A DNA stretch of 64,000 nt from Leptolyngbyaceae cyanobacterium. Its GTDB lineage: Bacteria > Cyanobacteriota > Cyanobacteriia > Phormidesmidales > Phormidesmidaceae. Every line of letters begins with the position of its first letter. Position 1 is the first letter of the stretch. The stretch covers positions 126,032 to 190,031 of the forward strand of contig JBHJHA010000011.1 of assembly GCA_050331235.1 (NCBI GenBank). Direction: 5' to 3'. The notes beneath the pieces are model-generated. The model saw only the letters and a program-made list of their open reading frames with translations. It was not told the DNA's origin and did no database searches. The translations under genes and the position numbers were made by a program. Positions 18,926 to 29,358 of this stretch are shown one piece after another.

Positions 18926-20041
18926 CTATGGAGTCTTACCATCGGTCATAACCCGCATCAACGCGGCTAGCAGCCGGGCGTTATCTGACGACGACCGGAC
19001 TGCCAGGCGAAAGTAGCGATCGCCCAAAGCAGGAAAACTCAGACAATCGCGAATCAAAATCTGATCGCGCTGGAGGAGCTGGCGCTGAATTTCAGAACCA
19101 GGAAAATCACACCGGACCAGCAGATAGTTCGCCCTGCCGGGCAAAGGATACAGCCCTGGAATTGATTGCAAACCGGCAAAAAGCTGTGGCCGAGCTTGGG
19201 CAAGCCACTGCCAGGTTTGCTGCTGAAAATCCTGATCGTCTAGGGCGATAGCCGCCGCCGCCGCTAAAGCATTCACCGGCCAAGGGTCGCGCCACCGCTG
19301 CCAGCGCTGGAGTCGGTCTGGGTGGGCAACGGCATAGCCGAGCCGCAACCCCGGTAAGCTATAAAACTTGGTCAGCGATCGCACTACAACTAAATTAGGC
19401 CACTGGGCGATCTGGCTAATCAGACTCGACTGCTCCGCCGGGGGCAAAAAGTCCATAAAAGCTTCATCAACCACCACCAAGGCAAACCGTTGCAGTAGCT
19501 GAATCAGGGCCGCAAGAGGTATCGTCAGCCCCGTGGGGTTATGGGGCGTATTCAACAGTAACCCGCAGCGAGCCGGGTCATGGTGTATACCAGCGGTCAA
19601 TAACGAAACCCAGTCAACCGCTCCCCGTTCTGCCGCTGCCAGCGGCATGGAAATTGCTTGGACTGAAGCCCCAAACGCCGCCAGCGATCGCCCATAGTCA
19701 CCAAAGGCCGGCGTCAAGAGATAGGTTGCGGTCAGGGTCGCTAAGTCCCGACCGGCCCAGGTCAAAAGTTCTGCAGCCCCATTGCCAGGGAGCACCCAAT
19801 CAGAGGTCAACTGATGGTGACTCGCAAGCCGTTGGCGCATCGCCGCGTAGTCAGGGTTAGGATAGCGAGTCAACGCTGCCAAAGCTGAGTTAATCGCCGC
19901 GATCGCCGAGGGCGGCGGTCCGAGGGGACTAATACTGGCGGAAAAATCAAGCAAAGCAAAAGGGGAACAGCCAGCCACCGCAGCAGCCCACTCAAGGTTC
20001 CCCCCATGGTTTGGTCGATTCTTAAATAAACTATCTACCAA
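18926..20041 (-). CDS. cobD: Threonine-phosphate decarboxylase (cobalamin synthesis)
   Basis: HGGNL, DFSASISPLG, GNGAAEL, PHNPTG, VDEAFMDF, RSLTKFYSLPGLRLGY and IRDC.SF. Confidence 0.92.
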   Translation of the reverse strand: MVDSLFKNRPNHGGNLEWAAAVAGCSPFALLDFSASISPLGPPPSAIAAINSALAALTRYPNPDYAAMRQRLASHHQLTSDWVLPGNGAAELLTWAGRDLATLTATYLLTPAFGDYGRSLAAFGASVQAISMPLAAAERGAVDWVSLLTAGIHHDPARCGLLLNTPHNPTGLTIPLAALIQLLQRFALVVVDEAFMDFLPPAEQSSLISQIAQWPNLVVVRSLTKFYSLPGLRLGYAVAHPDRLQRWQRWRDPWPVNALAAAAAIALDDQDFQQQTWQWLAQARPQLFAGLQSIPGLYPLPGRANYLLVRCDFPGSEIQRQLLQRDQILIRDCLSFPALGDRYFRLAVRSSSDNARLLAALMRVMTDGKTP

Positions 20042-20057
20042 CGAAATTAGAAGCGGT

Positions 20058-20333
20058 TTACTTACTCACCATTTCTTTGAACTGTTTACCAGCCGAAAAA
20101 GCCGGCACCTTCGTAGCTGGAATCACCATCGTTTCACCTGTTTTAGGGTTGCGTCCTTCGCGCTCTTTGCGGTCCCGACGCTCAAACGACCCAAATCCGA
20201 CCAAAGTCACTTTGTCACCGCTGGACACAGTTTCCATGATGGCTTCGATCGCCGCCGTCAATACAGAGTCAGCCTGCTTTTTGGTCACGCCAGACTTCTC
20301 TGCAACCTTATCAACCAATTCACCTTTATTCAT
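20058..20333 (-). CDS. hup: DNA-binding protein HU
   Basis: MNKGELVD...VTLVGFGSFE.R.R..REGRNPKTGE...IPA..VPAFSAGK; AGGAG upstream. Confidence 0.97.
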   Translation of the reverse strand: MNKGELVDKVAEKSGVTKKQADSVLTAAIEAIMETVSSGDKVTLVGFGSFERRDRKEREGRNPKTGETMVIPATKVPAFSAGKQFKEMVSK

Positions 20334-20663
20334 GTCTGTGAGTCTCCTCTTGGGGGAATACGGATAGTCAGAGGGCGATCGCTAGCCACCGAACGGGGCC
20401 AACCTTGAGCATCCTTGCCCAAATCGCTGAAACCCCTGACATCCCGGAATTTCACAGCCCCATTCTAAGGGCAACTTTCAAAATATGGATCGTTCAAAGC
20501 TTTAATTTATGTGGTTTTGGGCTTTTTTTAACGAAAGGTAACGTAGTTCCAAGGGTTTCAGCCCCTAAAAACTCCAAAAAAAATGGCCAAAGCCCCTGTC
20601 AAACAAGGGCTCCAGCCATCACACCAGAACCAAACAAAACCACGCTGATTTTTGCCCATCGCC

Positions 20664-22904
20664 CTAACGATTTTGGCTGCGCTCTAAGAGTTGCTGCACC
20701 TCTTCGCTCGGAGTATAGCTATAGCCATAGGTCGACTGATCCGAATCATCCAAAATTTCGGGGGTCAACAGTACAATCAACTCTTGCCGGGAAGTATCAT
20801 TCACCGTGCTGCGGAACAGAGAACCCAACAGGGGAATATCGCCCAAGATGGGGACTTTAGCCACGGAGGTGCGATCGGTCTCTTGGATGATGCCAGATAG
20901 CACCAGCGTTTGCCCATCTCTCACCCGCACTTGACCTGAAGACAACTGTCTTTCGGCCAGCAAGGTCACAAAGGCGTTGGAAACCCCAGTAAAGCTAAAG
21001 GTCTCGATCCCAGAAGGGGCAGAAATCGACGGTGCTACCGATAGCGTGACAAAGCCGTTGTCATCAATACGCTCGACATCCACCTGCAAGATCAAGCCCG
21101 CTGGCTCCGTTTCAACCTCAATGGTTTGAGACACCGTGCCCAAATCACTCACTTCTTGAGAGACTTCAAAATCAGTAACAACCTCTTCGGTCAGCTGCAC
21201 AGAGGCGACTTGTCCCTCTTGCACAATCAGGGTCGGATCAGTCAGGATTTTGCCGCTACCCTCTTGCACGGTGGCGAAGAGCTGGAATAGAAAATCATCG
21301 GAAATACCCGGAATACTGCCGCCTAGCAGTGGCACACTGCCAAAGGGAGCTGCACTGGGAACTGCCGTCGTTCCCCCCGGCGTTTGGTCACCGAAGTTGA
21401 TGGCCCCGACCCCCCCTAGCACGCCAACATTAAAGTCGCCAGCCTGGAACGAGAAACTCGTACCGAACGCATCCAGCGCGTCTAGATCAATATCAATCAC
21501 CTTGACATTGATAGCCACCTGACGGCGTCTGAGGTCAAGGCGAACGAGCTGGGCGGTGGCTAACTCAATCAGTTCCGGCTGGCCCACTAAGGTAATAGAA
21601 TTTGTCCGTTCCTCAGCAATGACCTGCAGGCCACGAAAGATGGGATTGCTGTCTTCGAAATCCGCTCGCTGCACCTCAATTCGCTCTTCGGTGGTCGTTT
21701 GGGTCTCAGTCAACGGTGGGGCCCCCTCAGAGACTTCGACGGCGCTTACCGAAGTTACCTGCCGCTCTCGGCTAACGGCGCTCTCAGCCCCTAAACCGAC
21801 CAAAAAGTTACTGGCAACGGTTGCATCAATTTGGTTTAGGCGCAGCGTTCTCACGGTGACGTTTTGTGCCGATACCGGCAAGCTCGGGCCAACGTAGATA
21901 GTACGTCCGACACGGTTAGCTTGGAGCCCAGTTACCCGTAGCACACTGTTGAAGACATCCTGCACCGATTCGTTCTCGATATCAAGGGTAATGGGCGGGC
22001 CTTCACCAGATCCAGCACTCTCACCGTCACCGCCCTCTTCACCAGCATCGATAAAGACTAAGTTGAGCCCGGCGGCCCGAGCGAGTAAGCCCAAAACTTC
22101 TCGGGATGGAGCATCTCTCAACACCAACCGGGGAACTCGCTCCGCCGTCCCCAAGTCGATCGCGCCAAAGTTAGGAATTGTCTCTGATACAGCTATATCG
22201 CCCACCGGGGGGGGCACCGCCGCAGGAAGAAATGGTGGCGCTTGTTGCACTTCGGGGGCCGGTACCGGCACGCCATCAATCACCACTTGAGGATTGGGCA
22301 CCAGCACATCTGGGTCAGGCTCATCTGGCACCGCTTCGACCTCAACCTCAACGTCGACGTCGGCCTCCTCCTCAGCCTGAGAAATCACTTGCTCGGGGGG
22401 AATGAGCGGCGGCTCATCCCCCGGTACGGTCTCAATCTCCGTAGGCACGGGCGTACTGGCTTGGGGCGCTGCCCCCTCCGTCTCTGTCGCTACATCAATA
22501 ATGATGCCGCCGGTATTGGACGTGCCAACCGTGCCCGTAGGGATGCGATCGCTGCCGTTTACTGTCAACCGCACGCTGTTGCCATCGAGGGGGGCAAGGG
22601 CGATCGCAGCAATGCCCGGGGCCGGATTTTGCTGGACAAACTGACTCCCCTCAGGCAGCTGTAATTGCGTACGGACGATATCTGCCCGTAGCGTACTGCC
22701 CTGGTTGACCGCAAACACCTGGGGCGTATCACCCGCCTCGGTTTCCAAAACGATTTGCGCCCCACCATCCGTGGGAATCACCTGCACATTGGTGATGACG
22801 GTCGAAGTGGCCCAGCTAGGCTGCGCCACGGCGGCTAGCAGTACACTACTGGCTAAACAACTGCCATATCCTAATAGTCGTTTCACGGTTCCTTCTCTCC
22901 TCAC
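20664..22904 (-). CDS. pilQ: Type IV pilus secretin with N-terminal AMIN domain
   Basis: Signal peptide, AMIN-like domain, ERVPRLVLRDAP.REVL and secretin signature KVPILGDIPLLGSLFR; follows pilMNO. Confidence 0.92.
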   Translation of the reverse strand: MRREGTVKRLLGYGSCLASSVLLAAVAQPSWATSTVITNVQVIPTDGGAQIVLETEAGDTPQVFAVNQGSTLRADIVRTQLQLPEGSQFVQQNPAPGIAAIALAPLDGNSVRLTVNGSDRIPTGTVGTSNTGGIIIDVATETEGAAPQASTPVPTEIETVPGDEPPLIPPEQVISQAEEEADVDVEVEVEAVPDEPDPDVLVPNPQVVIDGVPVPAPEVQQAPPFLPAAVPPPVGDIAVSETIPNFGAIDLGTAERVPRLVLRDAPSREVLGLLARAAGLNLVFIDAGEEGGDGESAGSGEGPPITLDIENESVQDVFNSVLRVTGLQANRVGRTIYVGPSLPVSAQNVTVRTLRLNQIDATVASNFLVGLGAESAVSRERQVTSVSAVEVSEGAPPLTETQTTTEERIEVQRADFEDSNPIFRGLQVIAEERTNSITLVGQPELIELATAQLVRLDLRRRQVAINVKVIDIDLDALDAFGTSFSFQAGDFNVGVLGGVGAINFGDQTPGGTTAVPSAAPFGSVPLLGGSIPGISDDFLFQLFATVQEGSGKILTDPTLIVQEGQVASVQLTEEVVTDFEVSQEVSDLGTVSQTIEVETEPAGLILQVDVERIDDNGFVTLSVAPSISAPSGIETFSFTGVSNAFVTLLAERQLSSGQVRVRDGQTLVLSGIIQETDRTSVAKVPILGDIPLLGSLFRSTVNDTSRQELIVLLTPEILDDSDQSTYGYSYTPSEEVQQLLERSQNR

Positions 22905-22968
22905 GTAGGTTCTGGATGTTAATAACGGTTCACCCGACCGTCAGCACTGACGTTTCATATCCGACTCG

Positions 22969-23892
22969 CTATGCGCCTTCCGCAGGGGCAGCTTCCCCTT
23001 CCGCAGGCACTTCACCCTCACCCTCCGCAGGGGGTTCTGGCTCCGGTGGGATCGGAGGCTCCCGGGGATCGCCCAGCGGCACCAAAACTTCCATCAAGAA
23101 AGACGTTGATAGGGGACGAACGCCTAATTGGTTGAGCTCCTCCTCGGTCAGCTCCCCCGGGGGAGCCGCAAAATCTTGATTAAACTCTCGAATAATCAAC
23201 AGCGGCTCTAACCGTTCTAGGTTGTAGAGGATATTTTGAGTCTGGTTAAACAGTCCACGGAAGCTGACATTAACCAACTGTTTCTCGAGCTTGCCTGCCA
23301 GTTCTGGCCCGTACTCCTCACCAACGGGCTCTGGCAAACCCACGGGGTCAAAGCTAAAAAGCTCCGAGGTAAAGGCCTGACGCTGGGCAACAGGATCTTC
23401 AGACAGTTGTTGAATGACCCGGTTTACCTGCTGCTGACTGAGGCCAACGGACGTCAACGTGGCGGACTGGGCCTCTGACAAGTTACCGGCGATCGCACCG
23501 GCGATCGACGCATTACTTTTCTCGATCTGTTGGTTGGTATCCAGCAGTAGCGTATCCAAGCTTGTAGGATCACCTAGCAAGCTGTAAATCCCTTCTCGCT
23601 GGGTCAAGACGCGATCAAGCTCGGCTTGGACTTCCTCAACTTGCTGCAGATTCGCCGCCTGATTCGCCAGCGTGTTTTCCTTTTCCGCGATGCGGGTTTG
23701 CAGTTCCGAGAGTTGCGTCTGCACCGGACTCACCAGCCGCGTAAAGAGGAAGACCGCTCCGCCAATGCCCAAAACTGCCAGAGCAATGCCCTGCACCTTA
23801 GGCGTCAGCTCAATCCCAAAGGCAACCGGATAACTCGGGCCGTCAAGATCCTCAGCGTCATCAATTGGAACAAAGTCATCCGTAAAGGTCAT
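22969..23892 (-). CDS. pilO: Type IV pilus assembly protein PilO-like
   Basis: YPVAFGIELTP followed by a TM helix, coiled coil, LDTLLLD and NLERLEPLL; overlaps the pilN stop codon. Confidence 0.85.
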   Translation of the reverse strand: MTFTDDFVPIDDAEDLDGPSYPVAFGIELTPKVQGIALAVLGIGGAVFLFTRLVSPVQTQLSELQTRIAEKENTLANQAANLQQVEEVQAELDRVLTQREGIYSLLGDPTSLDTLLLDTNQQIEKSNASIAGAIAGNLSEAQSATLTSVGLSQQQVNRVIQQLSEDPVAQRQAFTSELFSFDPVGLPEPVGEEYGPELAGKLEKQLVNVSFRGLFNQTQNILYNLERLEPLLIIREFNQDFAAPPGELTEEELNQLGVRPLSTSFLMEVLVPLGDPREPPIPPEPEPPAEGEGEVPAEGEAAPAEGA

Positions 23893-24677
23893 GGCGTCTC
23901 GATTACTCCTGAATCTCGAAGGGCACGAATTCGGGTCGCCAGGCCGACGGCACCCTGGCGATCCAAAATGTCTAGTAAGTCCGCCGAAGGCACATCTGAG
24001 AAGTTGCCATCGATGGTGAAATCAACCAACACCTCCGGTCGATTGGGAGGGGACTCGGGACAAACTCCATCCACTTCTGGATCCAGTAGCTCGTCGCGCT
24101 TTTGGGAAGTCGCAATGGTGACGCTGCTAGAGTCCAGCAGTGGTGATCGCTGCATGGTCAACAAAAAGTCATTGATGTCATCAAACGAGCAGGCCACCCC
24201 TTGAATGCTGACTCCGCCGGCGGGTGGTGGCGCTTCGCCTTCGGCCGCGCCGGGCGCTGGGGGCAAGGTCGTGCCCGCCGTTTGCGAAACCGAGGTCACC
24301 TGAATGCGGGTTGGAGTACGATCGCGGAGCTCTTTCAAAAAGGCTGACCACGGCCGAATCTGGTTGAAGACGTTCACAAATGCCTGGTTTTCCGCGTTGA
24401 CCAGCTCAATTTGCGTGCGCACTGTCTCAATTTGCTGTAGCTGCTCGTTGAGGGTGGCAATTTCTGCATCGAGTTCCGCCTCTCGGGCCTGCAGCCGGTT
24501 AAGCTGCGTCTGCAAGTAAAACCAGTAGCCCCCCACCAGACCCAAAGCCGCGATCGCCACCAGTAAACCCAGCAGTAAGGGGGTTCGACTGCCGGTCGGT
24601 GCCGGAGCCCGAGTCGTCTTGGTATCGACGGGCCGAATTTCGCGATCCTTTAGAAAATTGACATCTAAACCGTACAT
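23889..24677 (-). CDS. pilN: Type IV pilus assembly protein PilN
   Basis: MYGLDVNFLKDR (INLL-like motif), TM helix, coiled coil, PWSA.L and SFDDINDFLLTMQRS. Confidence 0.92.
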   Translation of the reverse strand: MYGLDVNFLKDREIRPVDTKTTRAPAPTGSRTPLLLGLLVAIAALGLVGGYWFYLQTQLNRLQAREAELDAEIATLNEQLQQIETVRTQIELVNAENQAFVNVFNQIRPWSAFLKELRDRTPTRIQVTSVSQTAGTTLPPAPGAAEGEAPPPAGGVSIQGVACSFDDINDFLLTMQRSPLLDSSSVTIATSQKRDELLDPEVDGVCPESPPNRPEVLVDFTIDGNFSDVPSADLLDILDRQGAVGLATRIRALRDSGVIETP

Positions 24678-24680
24678 CGA

Positions 24681-25790
24681 CTAGACCTCCCTCAGCCCCA
24701 AACCAATCACTGTTGCCAACCCTGGCCGGTCTTCCACCTCGATATCATCTGCCGCATCTAGCGACAGCGCCGCTACCGGATCGATTTGGCTCGCCGGCAA
24801 ACTCAACCGCTGGGCAAAAAACTCATCTAGTTGGCCGATCGCCGCCCCTGGCCCGGCCAGTAACAGTTGCGCCACTTCCATGTCTTCTGCTTGATTGAGA
24901 TAAAAGTCAATGGATCGGCGCAGCTCATCCGACAGCTCACCCAAAATCCGCAACATGGCCGCCGTCCCAGGATTGGAACCGCCCCCTGTGATCGGCTGGG
25001 GCGACCCCACCGTATCCATCGGCGTCGTCGGCACCGTCATCCCTCGAAGCAAATCCGTATTGCGTGAAGGAGGCAGATTCATCGCCCGACTGAGGGACCC
25101 TTGAATCTGAAAAGTCCCAATGGGAACCGAGCGAGAAAAGTGAGGAATGCCATCCACCACGATGGAGATTTCAGTACTTTCAAAGCCAATATCAACAATG
25201 GCCGCAGCCTCTTGAGGGGTAAACTGCCGCAACTGATCCCGAATGGTACGAATTAAGGCAAAGCTTGAGGTCTCCAACACCGCTAGATTGATACCCGCCT
25301 GCTGAAAGGTATCAATGTAAGTATCGGTAATTTCTTTACGAACCGCGACCAATAAAACTTGGACCTTTTCGATGCCATCCTCATCCACAAAAAAGCCCAG
25401 CTTTTGATAATCCACATCAGCTTCTTCTCGGGGAAAGGGCAAATACAGGCTGGCCTCTTGGTTAAGCACCATTTCCCGGAGCTCATCTTCATCGAGCTCA
25501 GAAGGGACGGGAATCACCCGCGTAATCGCCCGTCCAGGAATCGCCGTCGTCGCATATTTCGCCTTAATTCGACCGTCAGTCAATCCAGTCTGAATCGCCT
25601 CGGCCACGGCAGGAGAATCAAGAATTTGCCCTTCTTGAAATGCCCCTTCGGGCAATTCTACCGACGATCTTGTCTCAAGCTTGAGCTTTTGCCCCTGTTT
25701 ACGCACTTGGGCGATATTCACTCGCTCAGGGGTAAGCTCAACACCCACACTCTGGCGCTTAGATGAAAATAGGGACTGAATGATATTCAC
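24681..25790 (-). CDS. pilM: Type IV pilus assembly protein PilM
   Basis: VGVELTPERVN, EASLYLPFPREEADVDYQ, VDIGFESTEI, ELRRSIDFY and LLAGPG. Confidence 0.96.
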   Translation of the reverse strand: MNIIQSLFSSKRQSVGVELTPERVNIAQVRKQGQKLKLETRSSVELPEGAFQEGQILDSPAVAEAIQTGLTDGRIKAKYATTAIPGRAITRVIPVPSELDEDELREMVLNQEASLYLPFPREEADVDYQKLGFFVDEDGIEKVQVLLVAVRKEITDTYIDTFQQAGINLAVLETSSFALIRTIRDQLRQFTPQEAAAIVDIGFESTEISIVVDGIPHFSRSVPIGTFQIQGSLSRAMNLPPSRNTDLLRGMTVPTTPMDTVGSPQPITGGGSNPGTAAMLRILGELSDELRRSIDFYLNQAEDMEVAQLLLAGPGAAIGQLDEFFAQRLSLPASQIDPVAALSLDAADDIEVEDRPGLATVIGLGLREV

Positions 25791-26347
25791 CGCCGTCTCC
25801 GTTTATGCCTTCGTCATCAAAACGAATATTCTGCAACGCGCCATATCAACCATCGGGAATACAGCGATCCACAAAATTGCGCTGACGTATGGTACACAAT
25901 TTAAGTCAGAATTTCCACAGCGATAAACAGGAAACAAACCTTAAAAATTAGGCTGTGGCTCCACACATCGATTTCATTGCCAAAAGGATGTCTGTCCACC
26001 TTAATCCTGCTTCACTAACCGTATCGTTCCAACCCACACTCGCTGCCGTAGCCCCGGCAAAATGCCCGCTTCCCTGTAGATCACACATCGACTTAATTCG
26101 ATCTATTTTTAGACCCATCAAGTTAAATAACTGCACCCTTACTTAACAAGTCGCTGGCCCAAAGACCGTCAAAATTACTCTTGGACGACTCCGTCAACGA
26201 TCGTTAGTTATTGTCCTCAACCTCGTTATTAAGACGGCTAGATAAGATGTGTCACCTGAGATGTTACACACAATTCCGAAAAGTGAACCAACTAATATAG
26301 GAAAAATCTGAGAAAATCCATCTTTTGCATTAAGGGGTAGGGAAAAT

Positions 26348-27571
26348 ATGACTGAAACGACGAGCGAATCGACACCAACCGTCTGGGGAACCCCCCTGTT
26401 GGCTGATGCGAAGACCCTATTGCTGCTAGGCTCAGGAGAACTAGGACGCGAGGTGGCAATCGAGGCGATGCGGCTGGGGATCGAGGTCGTCGCCGTTGAT
26501 CGCTACGCCCACGCCCCAGCCATGCAAGTTGCCCCCCGATCGCACGTGATTGACATGCTGGCGGGCGATCGCCTTCGCGACATCGTCGAGCAGACACAGC
26601 CAGACCTGATCGTGCCGGAGGTTGAGGCGATCGCGACCGAGACCTTGGTCGCCCTTGAGCAAGAAGGCTGGACTGTAATTCCCACGGCTAAAGCCACACA
26701 ACTCACGATGAACCGTGAAGGGATTCGACGATTAGCAGCAGAAGAACTCCACCTCCGCACCTCTCCCTATCGGTTTGCCGGGTCACTAGAAGACTATCGA
26801 GCTGCCGTGGCGGCAATCGGCTTGCCCTGCGTGGTGAAACCAATCATGAGTTCGTCCGGTAAGGGGCAGAGCTTAGTGCGATCGCCCCAGGAAATCGACG
26901 CCGCTTGGGACTATGCCTATAGGGCCGGTCGCGGCAAGACCAAACACGTCATCGTGGAGGGCTTCATTCAATTTGACACAGAGATCACGCTCCTAACGGT
27001 ACAAGCCCATGACGGCACCCACTTTTGTCCGCCCATTGGCCACCGCCAAGTAGCAGGAGATTACCGAGAATCGTGGCAGCCCTGCGCCCTCCATCCTGCA
27101 ACCCTCAAAGATTGCCAGCAGATGGCCGACACCATCACCGCGGCACTGGGAGGTCGAGGCCTATTTGGGGTAGAGCTGTTCATCGCTGGTCCCCCCGATC
27201 AGCCACAGACTGTGTATTTCAGCGAGGTCAGCCCCCGCCCCCACGACACCGGCATGGTGACCATGGTGAGCCAAAACATGTCGGAGTTTGAGCTACATAT
27301 ACGGGCCATTATGGGCTTACCCATTGGCAAGATTCAGCTTTGGCAGCCGGGGGCCTCGGCGGTGATTTTGGCCCCTGGCACTAGCGATCAGCCTCGCTAC
27401 AGCGGCATCGCCGAGGCGCTCACCGTGCCAACCAGCAAGGTCCGACTGTTTGGGAAACCCCGCTGCCATCCCCAGCGCCGCATGGGGGTCGCTCTGGCCC
27501 TGGGAGATTCCGTTGAGCAAGCCCAAGAGAGAGCGATCGCCTGTGCCAGCAAAGTGCAAGTTTTGCTTTAG
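26348..27571 (+). CDS. purT: Formate-dependent phosphoribosylglycinamide formyltransferase
   Basis: [50 protein letters not shown] and [12 protein letters not shown]. Confidence 0.97.
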   Translation: MTETTSESTPTVWGTPLLADAKTLLLLGSGELGREVAIEAMRLGIEVVAVDRYAHAPAMQVAPRSHVIDMLAGDRLRDIVEQTQPDLIVPEVEAIATETLVALEQEGWTVIPTAKATQLTMNREGIRRLAAEELHLRTSPYRFAGSLEDYRAAVAAIGLPCVVKPIMSSSGKGQSLVRSPQEIDAAWDYAYRAGRGKTKHVIVEGFIQFDTEITLLTVQAHDGTHFCPPIGHRQVAGDYRESWQPCALHPATLKDCQQMADTITAALGGRGLFGVELFIAGPPDQPQTVYFSEVSPRPHDTGMVTMVSQNMSEFELHIRAIMGLPIGKIQLWQPGASAVILAPGTSDQPRYSGIAEALTVPTSKVRLFGKPRCHPQRRMGVALALGDSVEQAQERAIACASKVQVLL

Positions 27572-27662
27572 GCTTTTAGGATGCCCTGGGCACTTTTCAG
27601 CTCAATCTTTATCGATCCAGCGACAGTGCTGGCTCTTTAGTCCCTTTCTACCCCCCCTCGCT

Positions 27663-28958
27663 ATGTCCACCCTTCCTCGCTTTTGGTCTCGATTTGGTTT
27701 GTTTTTGCTGCTGGGCTTATTGATGAGCTGGCTCATTAGCTGTGGCAGTCCGTCGACCACGTCCAATACCGGCGATGGGGGCACCCAAGAGGTCGAGTTT
27801 TGGACAATGCAGTTGCAGCCCGACTTCACGGACTACTTTAATGAGCTAATCGCTGACTTTGAGGCTGAGAACCCGGACATCACCGTCCGGTGGATCGATG
27901 TGCCCTGGGGCGACATGCAGAGCAAGATTTTGACGGCGGTGTCCGCCGGGACCGCCCCCGATGTGGTTAACCTCAACCCTGATTTTGCCTCGCAGCTGGC
28001 CAGTAAAAAGGCTTGGTTGCCCTTGAACGATCGCATTTCTGACGGAGATAAATCCCTCTATCTCGACAAGATTTGGCAAGCTAACTCCCTAGATGGCGAT
28101 AGCTTTGGCCTGCCGTGGTATCTCACCACCCGCGTCACCCTTTACAACACAGAACTGTTTGAGGCGGCGGGCATAACCGACCCCCCCACCACCTATGCAG
28201 AGCTCGCGATCGCCGCCCAGCAGATCAAAGACGCAACGGGCAAATATGCGTTTTTCATCTCCTTCGTTCCCGAAGACGCCGCCGATGTACTCCAGTCTTT
28301 CGTGCAAATGGGGGTTCCCTTGGTGGATGCTGACGGCAATGCCGCTTTCAACACACCAGAAGGGACTGCAGTATTTCAATACTGGACCGATCTTTATCAA
28401 CAGGAGCTGCTGCCCCGCGAAGTGCTCACCCAAGGACACCGGCGGGCCGTGGAACTTTACCAGGCCGGTGAAACAGCCATTCTTGCTTCCGGTGCCGAGT
28501 TTCTCAGCACCATTGAGAAAAATGCCCCCGACATTGCGGCTGCGACCGCTAGCAGCCCCCAAATCAGTGGCGCAACCGATAAGAAAAACGTCGCCGTCAT
28601 GAATTTGGTCATTCCTCGCTCCAGCGATAGCCCCGAAGCCGCCCTCAAGTTTGCCCTTTACGTCACCAATGATGAGAACCAACTGGAGTTTGCGAAGGCC
28701 GCCAATGTCCTGCCTTCAACCACTACCGCTTTGGACGACAGCTATTTTACGGAACCCGCCGCCGATGCTGAGCCCGTGGCGATCGCCCGGTCGGTCAGTG
28801 CACAGCAAATGCAGGACGCTGAAGTCTTAATTCCCGCAATGGAAGATGTCAAGACTCTGCAAAAGGCGATTTACACCAATTTGCAGGCCGCCATGCTCGG
28901 CCAAAAGTCTGTCGATGAAGCCATTGCCGCTGCCGCTGCTGAGTGGGATGCCCGCTAG
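27663..28958 (+). CDS. Sugar ABC transporter substrate-binding lipoprotein
   Basis: Lipobox LISC, EFWTMQLQP, WIDVPW and APDVVNLNP. Start moved to the ATG at 27663. Confidence 0.9.
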   Translation: MSTLPRFWSRFGLFLLLGLLMSWLISCGSPSTTSNTGDGGTQEVEFWTMQLQPDFTDYFNELIADFEAENPDITVRWIDVPWGDMQSKILTAVSAGTAPDVVNLNPDFASQLASKKAWLPLNDRISDGDKSLYLDKIWQANSLDGDSFGLPWYLTTRVTLYNTELFEAAGITDPPTTYAELAIAAQQIKDATGKYAFFISFVPEDAADVLQSFVQMGVPLVDADGNAAFNTPEGTAVFQYWTDLYQQELLPREVLTQGHRRAVELYQAGETAILASGAEFLSTIEKNAPDIAAATASSPQISGATDKKNVAVMNLVIPRSSDSPEAALKFALYVTNDENQLEFAKAANVLPSTTTALDDSYFTEPAADAEPVAIARSVSAQQMQDAEVLIPAMEDVKTLQKAIYTNLQAAMLGQKSVDEAIAAAAAEWDAR

Positions 28959-29358
28959 TGACTCGAGCATCCGCCCGCAGCGGATCTGGACTTTTCAACA
29001 TGTCCACTGCTCTTTCCCCAACGACTTGATCGCAGTCAGATGACTGCCGTCAAGCAGAGTTTGGCACTCCAAAACGACCTTAGCCAGGACTCACGCAGTG
29101 GAACTCTTGCCCCCTTATCTCTAACGACAGCCGGGGATGATCTAGTCAAGGGCAAAAGTCTTGTGGGTGCATCAGTGCGGCTGCATGATGAGGATGGTAT
29201 CGATCCTCGCCATGCATTGGTCAACAAAGGACTCACTCTCAGACCTTCAGCCAGCAACCTTGACGGCTATGGATGACGCCCATCTTCATTCTGTCATGGA
29301 CCACCAGCGAGCTTCCGCCACCCGCACCCTGCCCATAGTCCCTTCCTCCAAGCGAACG

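Noticed and set aside
20405..20860. 151-aa plus-strand ORF and the many other antisense ORFs in the track
   Set aside because: They overlap well-supported genes on the opposite strand or in another frame and have no recognisable motifs.
22905..22968. Missing pilP between pilO and pilQ
   Set aside because: pilMNOQ without a recognisable pilP is the usual cyanobacterial arrangement.
27450..27662. N-terminal extension of the sugar-binding protein ORF
   Set aside because: Overlaps purT; a normal lipoprotein signal begins at the ATG at 27663.
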